NCBI RefSeq assembly: GCF_036321535.1
Contig: NC_087438.1
Span: forward strand, 10,542,001 to 10,606,000
Origin: Camelus dromedarius
Lineage: Eukaryota
Reading direction: 5' to 3'
Length of the DNA: 64,000 nucleotides
The position numbers and the translations under genes are program-made. Shown piece by piece: positions 14,010 through 64,000 of this stretch. The notes under the pieces are model-generated. The model searched no databases. It was not told the DNA's origin and was given only the letters and a program-made list of their open reading frames with translations. How positions within the stretch are numbered: position 1 is the first letter of the stretch; the number at the start of each line of letters is the position of its first letter.

Positions 14010-15354
14010 CACCGTATTGTATTAGAGACATTTTATTGAAAATGCGAAAATAGGAAATGTATTATAGCCTAAAATAAATTACATAACATATACAGTATAT
14101 ATTTATATCTTTAAAATATTTTTTTTTGTGTTTAGGTTCTTTCAGTCTAGGAATTTTGACTAAATCAAGAATTTAGTGAACTGTGTCCATAATTTTTTAA
14201 AGAAAAAAACCCGCTTTCCAAAACTTAGAAAAATAGACTGCACTAAATGGATTTCAAATGTATCATTTCAGGGAGTATCACATAGTGATTTTGCTATGGT
14301 TTATAAAATGTCTTGCTTTCTCGTGTGGCGTAAAAGGGGAATACAGTACACTCGGAATTACCTGTACCGCATGGTGAGGACTAAGAATGGCAGGACCAGG
14401 TCATAAATCTACTTCCCAAGTGACGATTCGGCAACCTGGCATTAGAATGCTAGATTATGACTTAAAGCTTCAGTTCCCTTTAAAAACTAACATGTAAAAG
14501 TTAGAATGCTCCGTTTCACTTGCTCTAGTGCCATCTTCAGGAAAGGTGAGTGAAAAGCAAGCCTTCTGGGAAAGTCATGCCCAAGGACGCTGCGATGGGG
14601 AGATGCGCTTTTGTGACACCTTGAACAAGGCAGCTCACGTATGTACATGGCGGTGCGGGAAAGTGCGCGCACACTCAAATCTAGGAAAAATGTGAGGTGA
14701 GACGCTATCATTTGCATGTATCAGTTCGCTGCTCCCACGGCACCTCAAACCTTCCCATGGGAGATGATTTCCATCTGTCCGTCCGTCCAGTGTGTTCACA
14801 GATCCATTCCTGAGCAGGAACGGCCACTCTGGGCTGCAGCCTGGTGCTGCCCTCCGCACGCGTGTCACAGACGGTTTGTGCCTCCACGGTGGGAGGTTGC
14901 TGGCTTACATCTCTTTGCACAGCCATGTTACTGGGAAGCCAATCAAAGAAAGCCGAGTTGTCACCTGTTGATTCTTAAGAGTGATGCAAGGGACAGGGTG
15001 AGTCTGTGGCCTGCTGGGCAGTGGTGGCCAAGGGGTGTGCCGTGGTCCTTTGGTTCCAAGTGGAGACTGTCCGAGGGAGGGGAGACAACGTAGACTACCA
15101 GGCAGCTATGTCTTTGGGGTTTTCACGAAGCGGGGGCATGAAGTCAATTGTTCTGTTTCCACAAAGCAGTGGCAAGCCCATTCTGCAGGCCCCCACATCA
15201 GCGTGAGCATACCCAGTATGCCAGCGTGTCTGTGAAACCTTTGAATCAAGGTCTCTTGCGTTACCAAAACAAAAAACCAAAAACAAAACCGGAAAAAAAC
15301 ACGACAGGAGAGCAGATGACGCCGAAGTGTCACCTTAGCTGTCCCTGCAGCGCC
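14010..15354 (-). other. ANKH: ANKH 3' UTR, proximal isoform (~1.3 kb)
   Basis: Follows the stop codon; AU/U-rich block at 14040-14250 leads to AATAAA at 14032-14037. Cleavage position is approximate. Confidence 0.7.
14032..14037 (-). terminator. Proximal polyadenylation signal AATAAA
   Basis: Minus strand reads TTCAATAAAATGTCTCTAATACAATACGGTGATTGCTCGTGTG: hexamer, CA about 15 nt later, then GU-rich sequence. Confidence 0.65.
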
Positions 15355-61909
<46,555 letters not shown>

Positions 61910-62844
61910 CTACGGAGGGAAGAAACACACACACAGCATTAGAAATGTTGTCTTGTCTCCAGGGAGTCCCACTTCAACAGTAAAACTCAGCAGATCATGT
62001 TTCTATAGAAACGCTAAGCAGTTTACAGTGTAAATCTCACTGTAATTTGATAAAAGTTATTATTTTTCATTTTCATCCATATTAGCTTCAGTTTGAAATA
62101 TCTTCTTGTAGGGGAGATACCTGTCCATTGGGGTTAAAGTAATAGCAAAAACTCAATAAGCACTTTATGTTAATATCAGAAAACATTTCTAAGAAGTTCT
62201 GGGTTAAGAGCTTAACATGTTAAATTTTACTTGCAGGCTACATTTACACAACAGCAACAGGCATCCTGGAGATGAGTCAACCACTTTATACAGAGTGGGT
62301 GATGGCTTCTTTTCTTCCTTTAAGGAAGGGGTGTGTGTTTGTGTGAGAGAGGGAGAGAGAGAGAGAAATACTGTGTGTGTACTATATATGTACCCCTCAT
62401 AGCACAGAGTAAGTTCTACACTATGAAAATAGGTATTGAAGGAATTTGCTACACCATCAAATGATGCTATTCACCTGATTCTACTGTGTTTTAATTTGAT
62501 CTATATTCCTGATCTCTGTGCAGACAAATAGGAAAACCTTGAAACCAAACACACTGTTTTGGGATAATTCTTGCTGGAGAAGATGCAGTTGTAGAATATT
62601 CTATTTTAACCACCCTCCATGAGGGGCCAGCCCTCTGAGATCCTGGCAGCTTGTCAGGATGGCATTTCCAAGTGAACTTGCCCACCTACTGGACGTATAA
62701 ATTAGACTGGAGATGGTGGGAATGGATGTCCAGGTGGAAAGAACTTTATTTTTAAAATGTCGCCAGAACATTGACTCTGTCTTTGGGAACAGGCCACTGA
62801 CTGAGAAGGAGACTCAGCTTTCTGTACAGTCCTACACTTTTCAA

Positions 62845-63105
62845 CATAGACTTAATTTTTTAGATTAGTTTTAGGTTCACAGCAAAATGGAGCAGAAAGT
62901 ACAGAGTCGCCATAGTCCCTCTCCCCCAAAGCCCACACCACATCCCCACCATCAACATCCCATCCCATATATCTATCACAACTGATGAACCTACACTGAC
63001 ACGTCATTATCACTCAGAGTCCATGGTTTATATTAGGGTTCACTCTAGGTGTTGTACATTCTGGGGGTTTTGACAAATGTTCTATAATGATGCTTATCCA
63101 CCACT
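62845..63105 (-). mobile_element. L1MC/MD-type 3' end fragment
   Basis: ttttaggttcacagcaaaatggagcagaaagtacagag...gatgaacctacactgacacgtcattatcactcagagtccatggttta. Confidence 0.75.
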
Positions 63106-63573
63106 CTATAGTTGAACATTCTATGCAAAACACTGTTAGCAAAAAGAATGTATTTATAGGAAGATACCAACGTGTAAAATCACTTTAGAAAAATCTAGGA
63201 TAAAAATAAATGATAGCTGTAGGAATTCAGTATCATTCCTCTGCTAAAGTGGTATCACACAAAGTAGTTTTTGCTAATTGTTTCCAATTATATCTCTTAT
63301 TCTCTTTTCCTTTTTCCAATCATAACTGTAAAAATTTCCATAAGAAACTTCTTAGCCTTTGCAGAGCATTCCTGCCATGACGCCTTCCGGAAGAACAAAT
63401 TTTCCTTCTACCAAAGCTGATCTAATGCTTTAACACCCTAAAGCAAAATAACAACCACCAAGCTCTTTGATAGTAAATCTCGTGTTCAAAAGGTGTATCA
63501 AGTCAGAGGACTCCTGCTATGTGTCAAAACCTATCACTTGATAATCTTCCAGATTAATTTCCTTCTGGACTTC

Positions 63574-64000
63574 TATAGTGGATGTTGTCGGCGATCCACC
63601 CAGATCCCTTTTACTGGTCAGCGCATCCATCCCCAGGTGCTAGGAGTTGGCCATTAATGCCCCACAGCTGCTTCCTTCTCAGGGAAAATTGCCCCCAGCC
63701 ACTTTGGATTGGTTAAGCCACACCTGACCCCCAGGCAGCACCCAGCCAATGGCTGGCTGACTTCAGAGTATACAAAATCACCTCCCAGCCTCTCTGTGGG
63801 ATCACCCTGGTACAATTCATACTCCAGAGCTCCTGTAGGATCAAGTGGAAGTTGGTCTTCAGTGGGGACAACATCCTTGCATAACCTTTTCCCACCACTC
63901 ACTGCTTCTCTCTCCTCTCCTCCTTAGAGCTCACACTCAATAAATCACTCACACAAGAATTCCCCAAGGCGGGTTCTGCTTCCAGAGAATCTAACTGAAG
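63574..64000 (+). mobile_element. ERVL LTR16-like solo LTR
   Basis: tagtggatgttgtcggcgatccacccagatccc at the start and caataaatcactcacacaagaat...tctgcttccagagaatctaactgaag at the end resemble LTR16 termini. Confidence 0.7.

Overview
Mammalian genomic DNA, very probably camelid (camel/alpaca/llama), judged from four copies of a Vic-1-type tRNA-derived SINE. The window holds coding exons 2-12 and the 3' UTR of ANKH (progressive ankylosis homolog) on the minus strand. I verified all 11 exons by GT-AG boundaries, phase and translation against the human protein as I recall it. Exon 1 lies beyond the right edge. The first ~9 kb is non-coding and, by synteny only, probably OTULIN 3' UTR or intergenic DNA. 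Introns carry ordinary L1, SINE, LTR and DNA-transposon relics. Nearly all tracked ORFs are spurious. I see no new multi-gene system. Best leads: (1) the C-terminus reads MRENE*, equivalent to the human chondrocalcinosis-associated E490del allele; (2) the exon 10 donor is triplicated and the exon 4 donor duplicated, creating competing 5' splice sites (one in-frame, +7 aa); (3) a ~240-bp inverted repeat in the 23-kb intron 8, one arm carrying a 9-nt microexon/recursive-splice-like motif; (4) a sense L1 inserted next to the exon 4 branch-point region; (5) four miR-17-family seed sites split across alternative poly(A) signals.
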